Positions 1-8,101 of a stretch of DNA of 36,159 nucleotides are shown one piece after another; the first letter of the stretch is position 1; every line of letters starts with the position of its first letter. The position numbers and the translations under genes were made by a program. The notes beneath the pieces were generated by a model. The model was given only the letters and a program-made list of their open reading frames with translations. It did no database searches and was not told the DNA's origin. Source of the DNA: a virus (taxonomy: Duplodnaviria; Caudoviricetes); IMG/VR virus record IMGVR_UViG_3300046719_000042, positions 1 to 36,159 of that record. One strand, given 5' to 3'.

Positions 1-1
1 G

Positions 2-1495
2 TGTTTCGAGGAGGTGACCAACTGGAGTACCCCCGATGCCATCAATAGGCTGCGCGGCACTCTCCGATCCAGCGCGGGAGTGACGCCAGAATTAATAATG
101 ACCGGCAATCCTGGCGGCAGTGGACACTGCGTTCCGTATGGCCTTGTCCGGACGCCCACCGGCTGGACGGATATCAAGGACTTGAAGGTCGGAGATGCCG
201 TAATGACGGTGACCCCGTACGGCGAGATCAAGGCCTCCCGTGTCAGCCAGACCCACAAGCGGCATTACAGCGGTCCGATGATGACCCTTGCCCAGGACGA
301 CATGAGCATGGTGTTCACGCCCAACCACAAGATCGCGGTTGTTGGGCCGGACGGGAAGATCTCTCTCGTTGCCTTCAATGAGATGCCGGATGAGTTCACG
401 ATTCCCAGGAGCCTGTTCTTCGATGGCACCCGTCTCAAGATGGACCAATATCTCAGGGATGACCTGGAACTCACCACCGCTGCCCTGGAGACGTATGACT
501 ACGAGGGGGATGTCTACTGCATCGGGGTCCAGGAAACGCACAGCTTCATTCTTCAGCAAGACGGTTCGGTCTGGGTCAGTGGGAACTCCTGGGTCAAGGC
601 GAGATACATCTCTCCCGCGCCCCAGGGCTGGACGCCGATCAAGGACGAGGAAACCGGGGAGTTTCGGATCTATATCCCGTCCAGGCTGACGGACAATTCC
701 GCGATGATGAAGAACGACCCGACCTACGCCAACCGGCTGCGCGGGACGGGATCGGCAACTCTGGTCAACGCCTGGCTGAATGGCGACTGGGATATCGTTG
801 CCGGCGGATTCTTCGACGATTTGATCATCCCGAGCAGACACTTCCTCCAGCCCTTCTCCATCCCGGCGGGATGGAGCTGGCGCCGCTCGTTCGACTGGGG
901 CAGCGCCGCCCCGGCATGGCTTGGGATATGGGCCGTGTCGGACGGCAACCCAGTCTCTCAACTGGATGGTTTCGTGTTTCCCAGGGGCTCCCTGATCCTG
1001 GTCAAGGAGTGGTATACCTGTGCCAAGACCAAGTCTGGAGACATCATCCCCAACGACGGCCTGCGCCTGACCAATCTCGCGCTGGGGAAGGGTATCGCGG
1101 AGCGTTCCCTGGGCCATCGGTTCTCTGGATGTGTCGCAGATCCATCGATTTACTCAAAGCTCGGTAGAGAAAGCATCTACGACGAGATGCGCAAGGGCGC
1201 CAAAGAGGCCGGTCACAACCTGATCATGGCTCCGGCAGACAACAACAGAGTCGCCGGTTGGCAGAAGATGCGCGACATGCTGGAGAGTTCCAGTCAAGAG
1301 AGGCCGGAACGTCCTGGCCTGTGGGTATTCGAGAGTTGCGTTCATTGGTTGAGAACGGTGCCCGTCATGCAGAGATCTGACAATGATTTCGACGAGCTTG
1401 ATACAACCCAGGAAGATCACTGCGCTGATGGCACCCGTTACGCGTGCATGACTGGCTCAAGGACGCTAAAGATAGGGGATCTGGTCGGGAGATGA
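2..1495 (+). CDS. terL: Terminase large subunit (5' truncated by window edge), intein-containing
   Basis: The frame is open from nt 2 (CFEEVTNW, Walker B-like). Coupling motif MTGNPGGSGH, then YIPSRLTDN, WLNGDWD, nuclease motif SFDWGSAAP, ADPSIY, DNNRVAGW and C-terminal EDHCADGTRY. The GTG at 14 is not the true start. Confidence 0.95.
   Translation, partial: CFEEVTNWSTPDAINRLRGTLRSSAGVTPELIMTGNPGGSGHCVPYGLVRTPTGWTDIKDLKVGDAVMTVTPYGEIKASRVSQTHKRHYSGPMMTLAQDDMSMVFTPNHKIAVVGPDGKISLVAFNEMPDEFTIPRSLFFDGTRLKMDQYLRDDLELTTAALETYDYEGDVYCIGVQETHSFILQQDGSVWVSGNSWVKARYISPAPQGWTPIKDEETGEFRIYIPSRLTDNSAMMKNDPTYANRLRGTGSATLVNAWLNGDWDIVAGGFFDDLIIPSRHFLQPFSIPAGWSWRRSFDWGSAAPAWLGIWAVSDGNPVSQLDGFVFPRGSLILVKEWYTCAKTKSGDIIPNDGLRLTNLALGKGIAERSLGHRFSGCVADPSIYSKLGRESIYDEMRKGAKEAGHNLIMAPADNNRVAGWQKMRDMLESSSQERPERPGLWVFESCVHWLRTVPVMQRSDNDFDELDTTQEDHCADGTRYACMTGSRTLKIGDLVGR
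128..586 (+). mobile_element. Mini-intein (153 aa, Hint domain, no homing endonuclease) in TerL
   Basis: Starts Cys (CVPYGLVRTPTGWTDIKDLKVGDAV, block A). Block B TPNH, block F YEGDVYCIGV..HSF. Ends SGN followed by +1 Ser. Excision restores GNPGGSGH|SWVKARYI, the normal terminase sequence. Confidence 0.93.
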
Positions 1496-1594
1496 GTCCG
1501 AACTTGGGACAAGTTCCGATCCGGGAAGATCTTCAGGTCGCCAGTGGAAGAAGACTAGGTCTATGATTTCTCGACCGAAAACCCGGAGGACATC

Positions 1595-1972
1595 ATGATC
1601 ACCGTGGATCTTGAGCAGATCGGATACATCAAAAGCGCGTGCGGCAGGACCACGACCTATCTGTTCGCCGTCCCGCCCCATGTCTCGACCCTGACCTTCA
1701 GCCGCTTCAGCGACAGCATCATCTGCTGTCTTTTCCGGAAAAGCCGCCAAGCCGTCGAAGTTACCCTGCTTGCTGGAGAGAGGGAGGATTTCTTCGTCGA
1801 CTTCGAAGCTTCGTTCGTCCCTGACGTTTTCGGGGAGGTCTCGGGAAGCACCATGCTCGGCACCTTTATCGGGGCCTGGGACGACAACCGGGAAACGGAT
1901 CTCCCGCATATTGTCAAGAAAGTAGACTACGCGGAAATCACCAAGCAGATCAGCACAGGGTCTATGTCATGA
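1595..1972 (+). CDS. Hypothetical protein (125 aa)
   Basis: Strong RBS (GGAGGA) before ATG; ATGA overlap with the next gene; C-terminal VDYAEITKQI motif shared with the next ORF. Confidence 0.75.
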   Translation: MITVDLEQIGYIKSACGRTTTYLFAVPPHVSTLTFSRFSDSIICCLFRKSRQAVEVTLLAGEREDFFVDFEASFVPDVFGEVSGSTMLGTFIGAWDDNRETDLPHIVKKVDYAEITKQISTGSMS

Positions 1973-2472
1973 TTGCCTCAAGGAAAAGCCTGATCACGGT
2001 GTCGACCATCGATTGTGCGTTGCGCATGTGGCTCAACGAGGCGGTTACCTGCGGTGGCACGCACGGGTCTGGAGCCGTCTTCTGCCCCACGGAAAAGCAG
2101 CGTGACGATTACCTGGTCCGGGCCAACGCCGTCCTGCCCGCTCACGAGAGAACCCGTATCTTCCATGGCCCGATCACCTACCGGCTGGCCTCAAACGCCA
2201 GTCTGTCCATTCATGTGGTCAAGGATCTCCAGGAAGCCGCAGGGATGGTAGAGACCTGGCCTTTCGTCATCATAGACGATCCCATGTCGTGGATAGAGCC
2301 TCGGTTCCTGCGTTTCCTGACCACTCGGCTCAAGCCTCGCTTCCGGACCAGGATGACCCTTGTCACGGTCGGCAGCCCGCTTAATCCGGACTCCGTGCCA
2401 ACGCCACAGTTTGACGACGGCGTTGCTCCCAGGGAGATCGACTATTCTGCCATCACCCGGTCCCTAGCCTGA
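1969..2472 (+). CDS. Hypothetical protein, possibly a degenerate terminase-ATPase-like domain (167 aa)
   Basis: AVFCPTEKQ...TYRLASNASLSI...WPFVIIDDPMSW...LTTRLK...MTLVTVGSP parallels the terminase ATPase region from the post-Walker A strand through Walker B to the TGNP motif. No Walker A is visible. Confidence 0.6.
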   Translation: MIASRKSLITVSTIDCALRMWLNEAVTCGGTHGSGAVFCPTEKQRDDYLVRANAVLPAHERTRIFHGPITYRLASNASLSIHVVKDLQEAAGMVETWPFVIIDDPMSWIEPRFLRFLTTRLKPRFRTRMTLVTVGSPLNPDSVPTPQFDDGVAPREIDYSAITRSLA

Positions 2473-2475
2473 CCC

Positions 2476-2679
2476 ATGGCCATGCTCAACAGAACCGTCG
2501 TGGTCCAGGGCCGCGAGTACAAGGTTCCCATCACCTACGCCTTCGAGGGCGGCTACTACGTGTTCAGCGCGCCCTCCTACAAGCTCACGGTTTCCCGGCA
2601 GGTACGAACGGCTGCCTGGAAAGAGTTCGACGGCCGGCTGAAGGATGCCGTCCTTCTCGCGATCCAAACCCGCCTGTGA
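2476..2679 (+). CDS. Hypothetical protein (67 aa)
   Basis: Starts 3 nt after the previous stop, phage-like codon usage, followed by a terminator-like hairpin. Confidence 0.65.
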   Translation: MAMLNRTVVVQGREYKVPITYAFEGGYYVFSAPSYKLTVSRQVRTAAWKEFDGRLKDAVLLAIQTRL

Positions 2680-2719
2680 TTCCCGACCCCGTTTGACGCC
2701 ACCGCCCCACCACCCCACC

Positions 2720-2748
2720 GGCCCCTCGGTTATCCCGCGGGGCCTTTT
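2720..2748 (+). terminator. Putative intrinsic terminator
   Basis: GGCCCCtCGG-loop-CCGcGGGGCC stem followed by TTTT. Confidence 0.55.
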
Positions 2749-2785
2749 GATGTGCCTGATTTGCTCGGGCGCAGCAGGAAGAACC

Positions 2786-4330
2786 ATGCCTATAACGGAT
2801 TTGCATCCGTCTTACATCGAAAGACAGATCGAGTGGCAGATGATCACGGATTGCCTCGGCGGCCGACGGGCCATGATTCGCGCCGGTGAGAGTTATGTGC
2901 CGAAACTGACCGGCCACAAGAACGAGATCGAGTACCGGGATTACCTGAACCGCGGGAGCTGGTATGGCGCTCTCGCCAAGACGGCCACCGCTTTCATCGG
3001 TCAGATCTACAGAAAGGTCCCGATCGTGACTCTGGCCGGACGCTTGCAGGCGAGGGAGGAGAACATCACCAATACCGGCGACTCCATCCACACCTTCACC
3101 AAGAACGCCACCTTCGACGTTCTGACGAAGGGGCGCTACGGCATGTTGATCGATGTCGAGGAAGACGCCGGAGACCGCACCCGGACGCCGATCCCGTTCA
3201 TCGCCGGGTATTCCGCCGAGTCGATCCGCAACTGGCGCTTCCGCTTGGTCAACGGCAGCCGTGTCCTCGATCAGGTCATCCTGGAGGAGTCGGTCGACTA
3301 TCCGGCCCCGGATGGCTTCGGCTCCATCTTCAAACCGCGCTTCCGGGTTCTCGAACTCGACTCGGAGGGCTACTACTCCGTTCGCTTCTTTGGCAACAAC
3401 GGCGCCGGCATGTTCGTCCAGATGGGCGGCGCCGTGCGACCACCGCTCAGGATCGGCGGCAAACCGATCAGGTACATCCCGTTCATCTTCATGGGGCCGC
3501 GCAACCAGCGGCCGGAACCGGAGCAGCCGCCGATGCTCGCCATGGCGGAGGCCAATGTCGCCCATTGGCGCTTCAGTGTAGATGTCAACGCGGGCCTTCA
3601 TAAAACGGCCTTTCCGGTGCCTTGGATCCAGGGTGTCGATGCAGACGACCAACACAAGTTCGTCATCTCGGAAAGCATCATCTGGCTTCTCCCGGCTGGA
3701 GCCAGCGCCGAATACCTGGAGTTCCACGGCGACGGGCTGGGGGCACTGGAGCGCGCCCTCGACCGCACGGACCGGCACATGGGCAAACTCGGCGCCCAAA
3801 TGCTGGAAGATAAGAAGAAGGCCACGGAAACGGCGGAAGCCCTCAACACGCGCTCCAGCGGGGAGACGGCGTCCCTGGCAGATATCGCCATGTCGTGCTC
3901 TGAAGCCTACACCAACGCCCTTCGGATCATGGCGACCCTGGTCGATGAGGATCCGGAGAAATTCCAATGCACCCTCAACACGGACTTCGAGGCGGGCGGC
4001 ATGACCAGCCAGGATCTCCTCGGACTGGTGACGGCCAAGAGAGAGGGCCTGCTTACCATGGAGGACTATGCCTGGAACCTGATGCGCGGCGAGTTGGTCC
4101 AGCCGGGCCGCAGCCTTGAGGAACTGGTCGATGCCCTGGAGAAGGAGAAGCCCATGCTTATCGGCCTGCCCGGAACGGCGACGGCCACTGGTCAGACGGC
4201 GGCCGGCCAGACCGTCGGCGGGGCGGGAAAACCGAATGCGTCTCCTGGAGCCAACAAACCGATGATGAGACAGCCGGGGGGCGTCCAGACCGGCGTCAAG
4301 GCTCCCCGCAGAGACAACCAGCGGGGTTGA
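2786..4330 (+). CDS. Portal protein (DUF4055-type)
   Basis: HPSY..WQMITDCLGG..AGESYVPKL..YRDYLNRG; TKGRYGMLID; IPFIFMG..PPMLAMAEANVAHWR; AEYLEFHGDGL; LNTDF. Located after the terminase. Start moved to ATG 2786 (AGGA RBS) because the ORF-track extension runs through the terminator. Confidence 0.9.
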   Translation: MPITDLHPSYIERQIEWQMITDCLGGRRAMIRAGESYVPKLTGHKNEIEYRDYLNRGSWYGALAKTATAFIGQIYRKVPIVTLAGRLQAREENITNTGDSIHTFTKNATFDVLTKGRYGMLIDVEEDAGDRTRTPIPFIAGYSAESIRNWRFRLVNGSRVLDQVILEESVDYPAPDGFGSIFKPRFRVLELDSEGYYSVRFFGNNGAGMFVQMGGAVRPPLRIGGKPIRYIPFIFMGPRNQRPEPEQPPMLAMAEANVAHWRFSVDVNAGLHKTAFPVPWIQGVDADDQHKFVISESIIWLLPAGASAEYLEFHGDGLGALERALDRTDRHMGKLGAQMLEDKKKATETAEALNTRSSGETASLADIAMSCSEAYTNALRIMATLVDEDPEKFQCTLNTDFEAGGMTSQDLLGLVTAKREGLLTMEDYAWNLMRGELVQPGRSLEELVDALEKEKPMLIGLPGTATATGQTAAGQTVGGAGKPNASPGANKPMMRQPGGVQTGVKAPRRDNQRG

Positions 4331-4335
4331 CCGCG

Positions 4336-4569
4336 ATGTATTCTGACGACGAAGTCAGACAAAAGGGGGCGCGCAAGCGCTCCCTCTCCGTTCTCGGCAA
4401 ACCAACCAGCATTGCCATCTCCGATGCGATGTGGGCTGAACTGAGGGCCGTGGCGTCCAGGGACAGGATCAGCGCCAATCAGCTCGTCAGCCGGATTCGG
4501 TCCGGCAGCCACGGCAATCTCGGCCTCGCCATCCGGCTCTACATCGTCAACCGGCGGATGGAAGGCTAA
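4336..4569 (+). CDS. Ribbon-helix-helix (RHH_4-like) DNA-binding protein
   Basis: KRSLSVLGKPTSIAISDAMWAELRAVA..ISANQLVSRI..GNLGLAIRLYIV matches the KRSxxIxGHxTSxSLE..W..L..NLSSAIR pattern common in Alphaproteobacteria. Confidence 0.85.
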   Translation: MYSDDEVRQKGARKRSLSVLGKPTSIAISDAMWAELRAVASRDRISANQLVSRIRSGSHGNLGLAIRLYIVNRRMEG

Positions 4570-4675
4570 GCCGCCGGAAAATCCGGCCTGCATGCCAGCG
4601 TGAAGATGGACAGGCCAGCACTTATCCTGTTTCATCCGGTTCGGGAAAGAAAACAACAACCGGAGACAACCACTG

Positions 4676-5566
4676 ATGATCACCCAAGACTCTCACAACA
4701 CCTCTGACAGAAGCCCCCACAGCCCCCCTCACAGCGCTTCAGCAAGCCTTCCCAGTTCTTCCCTGCCACAGCATTTGAATACCTCCCTGTACCGGACGCT
4801 CCATGCGCTGGGCCTGTTCCGGTCCCTTCGCGCCGTATCCCGCCGCGTCTACCGGTTCCGGAAACAGCGGCAGGCCTTGCGTGGCCGGGGCCTCGTTCCG
4901 GAGCAGCACCTCACGGCAACCTATGTCGAAGCCATCACGATCCTGAGGGAAAAACTCGGTCCCAGGATAGGAGATTATCTCGAATTCGGCGTGTGCCATG
5001 GATCCAGCATGGCTTGCATGCACGACGCCCTGATCCTAACCGGAACCGAGATGACCAGGAAGTTTGGGTTCGATAGCTTCCAGGGTCTGCCGCCGGAAGC
5101 GGACCACCAGGACCTCGGCTTTTTCAGCGAAGGCCAATTCGACAGCGACGTCAGGTTCACCAGAAACCTGCTGAACCAACGCGGCATCGACTGGAAAGAG
5201 ACGTTCCTGATCGAGGGATGGTTCAAAGATACCTGCACGCCGGCCATGGCTCGGGAATGCCACATCCGCAAGGTCGGCATCGTGATGATAGACTGCGATA
5301 TCTACACGGCGGCCAAGGAAGCCTTGGATTTCGCGGGGCCGCTCCTGGCGGAATGGTCCGTCATCGTCTTCGACGACTGGAACTCCGGGGACCTGGCGGC
5401 CAAGAACCTCGGGGAGAAGAAAGCGTTCCTCGAGTTCATGGAAGAAAACAAAAGCCGCTTCGAGGCAGATCAACTGCCATCCCTCTATCCCAGTTCTGCC
5501 GTGTTCCTGATGAAAAGGATAGGGTCTCCAGGAACCGCAGATCGACAGGGAAAGGATGCCTCCTGA
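4676..5566 (+). CDS. TylF/MycF (macrocin O-methyltransferase) family SAM-dependent methyltransferase, copy 1
   Basis: GDYLEFGVCHGSS, FGFDSFQGLP, LIEGWFKDT, VMIDCDIYTAAKEAL, IVFDDW. The exact start is uncertain (low-complexity N-terminus). Confidence 0.88.
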   Translation: MITQDSHNTSDRSPHSPPHSASASLPSSSLPQHLNTSLYRTLHALGLFRSLRAVSRRVYRFRKQRQALRGRGLVPEQHLTATYVEAITILREKLGPRIGDYLEFGVCHGSSMACMHDALILTGTEMTRKFGFDSFQGLPPEADHQDLGFFSEGQFDSDVRFTRNLLNQRGIDWKETFLIEGWFKDTCTPAMARECHIRKVGIVMIDCDIYTAAKEALDFAGPLLAEWSVIVFDDWNSGDLAAKNLGEKKAFLEFMEENKSRFEADQLPSLYPSSAVFLMKRIGSPGTADRQGKDAS

Positions 5567-6384
5567 TGTTCAAGCAAATCCAGGGTTCCGGAAGCCTTGG
5601 AACGAAAGCGTCCGAGCAGGTCTATCGGGTGCTCGATCGTCTCCACCTGCTTGAACCCCTGCGCCGGATATCCCGCCGCCGCTACCTTCGCCGGATGCAT
5701 CGCTGCGCCCTGGTCGATCGCAAGGGCCTCGTGCCGGAAAAGGAACTGACGAGATGCATGATCAACGCGATCGAGGTGCTGCGGAGACTGAGGACGGACG
5801 TTCCAGGCACGGACAAGTACATCGGGGACTACCTGGAGTTCGGGGTCTGTTTCGGGTCTTCGATGGCCTGCATGCACGATGCCTTGACGGAAACCGGAGA
5901 GAGCGCCGTCAGGTTGTTCGGCTTCGACAGCTTCGAGGGACTGCCGGAAGAAGCTTCCGGCCAGGACGGCGACCTGTGGACTCCCGGCCAGCTCGCCTCT
6001 CCGATAGAGTTCGCCAGCCAACTGATGACCCGGCGTGGGGTGGATTGGAAACGGACGTTCCTGATCCGGGGATGGTTTTCCCAAACCCTGACCAAGGATC
6101 TGGTCTGGCAATTCAGGATCGGCAACGTCGGAATCGTCATGATCGACAGCGATCTGTACATCTCTGCCAAGCAGGCGCTCACTTTCGTGGCCCCGCTGCT
6201 GGCCTCCCATTCCATCATCATGTTCGATGACTGGAAATGCGGCGGCCTGGACGAAAGAAACCTCGGGGAGAAGAAAGCGTTCGACGAGTTCATGGAAGAA
6301 AACCCAGACTTCAAGAGCGAGCCGCTCGAGCCCTATTCTGAAAATTCCATGGTGTTCCTGATGACCAGAACACTGCCGGCCTGA
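5566..6384 (+). CDS. TylF/MycF family SAM-dependent methyltransferase, copy 2
   Basis: GDYLEFGVCFGSS, FGFDSFEGLP, LIRGWFSQT, VMIDSDLY, IMFDDW. Starts at the TGATG overlap at 5564-5568, not at 5218. Confidence 0.88.
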   Translation: MFKQIQGSGSLGTKASEQVYRVLDRLHLLEPLRRISRRRYLRRMHRCALVDRKGLVPEKELTRCMINAIEVLRRLRTDVPGTDKYIGDYLEFGVCFGSSMACMHDALTETGESAVRLFGFDSFEGLPEEASGQDGDLWTPGQLASPIEFASQLMTRRGVDWKRTFLIRGWFSQTLTKDLVWQFRIGNVGIVMIDSDLYISAKQALTFVAPLLASHSIIMFDDWKCGGLDERNLGEKKAFDEFMEENPDFKSEPLEPYSENSMVFLMTRTLPA

Positions 6385-7376
6385 TGACCGCCAATTCCGA
6401 TCTCCGGGACGAGGCTATAAAATTAGGTCTCGTCCTGGATGCTCTGGCTCAAAACAGCTTCGGCATCGTGATGGACCGGCTGATGCAACTAAGCGACGAC
6501 CTTGCCATGCTGGTGGTCAAGCTCGACCCGACCGCTGTGATCCGGGATGCCAACCGACGCGCTCGCCTGGAAATCCTGGTAGATCAGGCCAACCGGGTGA
6601 TCTCAGAAGCCTACGACGAGATCGAGTCCCAGGTCTCCGGCGATTTGGACGACGTGGCCGAACTTTCCCAGGACAGCCTGTCCGAGTTGCTGGCCCTGCT
6701 GCTCCTGATCAAGGGGCTGTCCCGCAAACTGGACGATGACGCCCTTGCCGCCGCGCGCCGGGATACGCTGGTGTCCGGTGCTTCCATCGAGGACTGGTGG
6801 CAGCGCCAGAGCGTCGACATGCAGTTCAGGACAGCGCGCGCCCTGCAAGACGCGATGCGCCTGTCCCAGATCGGCAAGGAGCCTGGGACAGGAGACCTGG
6901 TCAATGCCATTCGGGATACCGGTCCCGGAAGCCTGTTCACCGCAGCGCCGCGCAACGCCGAGGGACTGATCCGCAGCGCCCATCACGCGGTCGCCAACCG
7001 GGTTCGTTTCGAGACGGCGATCCGCCATCCGGAATTGTTTCGCGCCCTGGCACATCTATCTGTACTTGACATAAATACTTCCGATATTTGTCGGTCTAGG
7101 TCCGGGCTGCTGTGGACCCTGGACGGAACTCCGATTGGCCATAGCAAGGTTTTTATTCTTCCTCCTCTCCATTACAATTGCAGGTCGCATATCATACCAG
7201 TGCTACACGCTTTCAAGGATTTCCCGCCGCGTCTTCAGCGTCGGATCGATCCGGATGACTTCGACGGTCGGACAGCGGATAGCCCTGACCTCAAAAAATG
7301 GTTAGAACAGAGAAGGAGAGAACGGGACCAAGGTCCCACAGACTATTCAGGTGCTCGAAAGGAGTTAGGCCTATAA
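6384..7376 (+). CDS. Phage head morphogenesis / minor capsid protein (SPP1 gp7, Mu gpF-like)
   Basis: SVLDINTSDICRSRSG and PPLHYNCRSHIIP are the hallmark Cys/His motifs; long helical N-terminus; downstream of the portal. Confidence 0.9.
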   Translation: MTANSDLRDEAIKLGLVLDALAQNSFGIVMDRLMQLSDDLAMLVVKLDPTAVIRDANRRARLEILVDQANRVISEAYDEIESQVSGDLDDVAELSQDSLSELLALLLLIKGLSRKLDDDALAAARRDTLVSGASIEDWWQRQSVDMQFRTARALQDAMRLSQIGKEPGTGDLVNAIRDTGPGSLFTAAPRNAEGLIRSAHHAVANRVRFETAIRHPELFRALAHLSVLDINTSDICRSRSGLLWTLDGTPIGHSKVFILPPLHYNCRSHIIPVLHAFKDFPPRLQRRIDPDDFDGRTADSPDLKKWLEQRRRERDQGPTDYSGARKELGL

Positions 7377-7407
7377 GGTTGATCCCTTAACCTGGGCAGG
7401 AAAGGCC

Positions 7408-7662
7408 ATGAGAAAAAAAGCGATGCTGATAGCCGAGGGGTGGAATGAATACCGGGAACGCGTCATTCCGTCCGACGCCCACGAAAGTCAAGTGATCGGG
7501 AGTAAGAGAGCGTTCTACGCCGGTGCCCAATCCCTGCTCAGCAACATCCTCACTATGCTCGATCCCGGAGAGGAACCCTCTGAGAATGATCTTGCCATGA
7601 TGGATGACCTGGAATCCGAGATTGTCCAGTACTGCCTCGACGTGCTCGAGGGTAAAGAGTGA
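7408..7662 (+). CDS. Hypothetical phage protein (84 aa)
   Basis: AGGAAAGG upstream; contains KRAFYAGA and an acidic C-terminus. Confidence 0.7.
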   Translation: MRKKAMLIAEGWNEYRERVIPSDAHESQVIGSKRAFYAGAQSLLSNILTMLDPGEEPSENDLAMMDDLESEIVQYCLDVLEGKE

Positions 7663-7720
7663 TTCCTGAAGCAAAAGGATCGTTTTCGTTCCTATCGTTT
7701 CTGCCACCGGAGTTTTCTTC

Positions 7721-8062
7721 ATGAGTGACGACCACATGAGCGGCTATGCGACCAGCCCGCTTTCCCAACAACAGCCGGCGGAAGGACGCCAGGATTTGAC
7801 AGAGCAGACGGTCGTCAACCTTAACGAGGTCAGGGCCATCCGCACCGGCAATTCGACCCTGTGGTCTCCAAAAGAAGCGGCGGAAAAACTTCTCAGGGAT
7901 ATCAGGGAAGGAAAGAGAAACCCGACCGTGATGTATATCTGTGTGTCCGAGGATGCCGGGGATAGGCAGAAAATCTACCATTACTGCGCTGGGGGGACTA
8001 ACATGGAATACCTCGGCTTGCTGCACTATCACATCTCAGACCTGGCTCGGGACGGGGAATGA
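7721..8062 (+). CDS. Hypothetical protein (113 aa)
   Basis: GGAG upstream of ATG; fills the gap on the coding strand. Confidence 0.65.
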   Translation: MSDDHMSGYATSPLSQQQPAEGRQDLTEQTVVNLNEVRAIRTGNSTLWSPKEAAEKLLRDIREGKRNPTVMYICVSEDAGDRQKIYHYCAGGTNMEYLGLLHYHISDLARDGE

Positions 8063-8101
8063 GCCTATGGTCGAACACTTTGTTGGCCCAGGGGAAATTC
8101 G

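Noticed and set aside
128-586. Homing endonuclease within the intein
   Set aside because: No LAGLIDADG or HNH motif, and no room in 153 aa.
1492-1566. 24-aa ORF overlapping the terL stop (MSPNLGQVPIREDLQVASGRRLGL)
   Set aside because: Too short with no supporting motif; the region is equally explained by a hairpin.
2645-2785. ORF-track N-terminal extensions (portal 2645, TylF2 5218, scaffold 9336, 13834, 21104, 25027, 35423)
   Set aside because: They overlap upstream genes or terminators; downstream ATGs have an RBS or stop-start coupling and coincide with where family similarity begins.
4676-6384. Methyltransferases as DNA modification/anti-restriction enzymes
   Set aside because: They lack DPPY/NPPY or PCQ motifs; the motifs present are TylF-type (EFGV, DSFxGLP, DxDxY, DDW).
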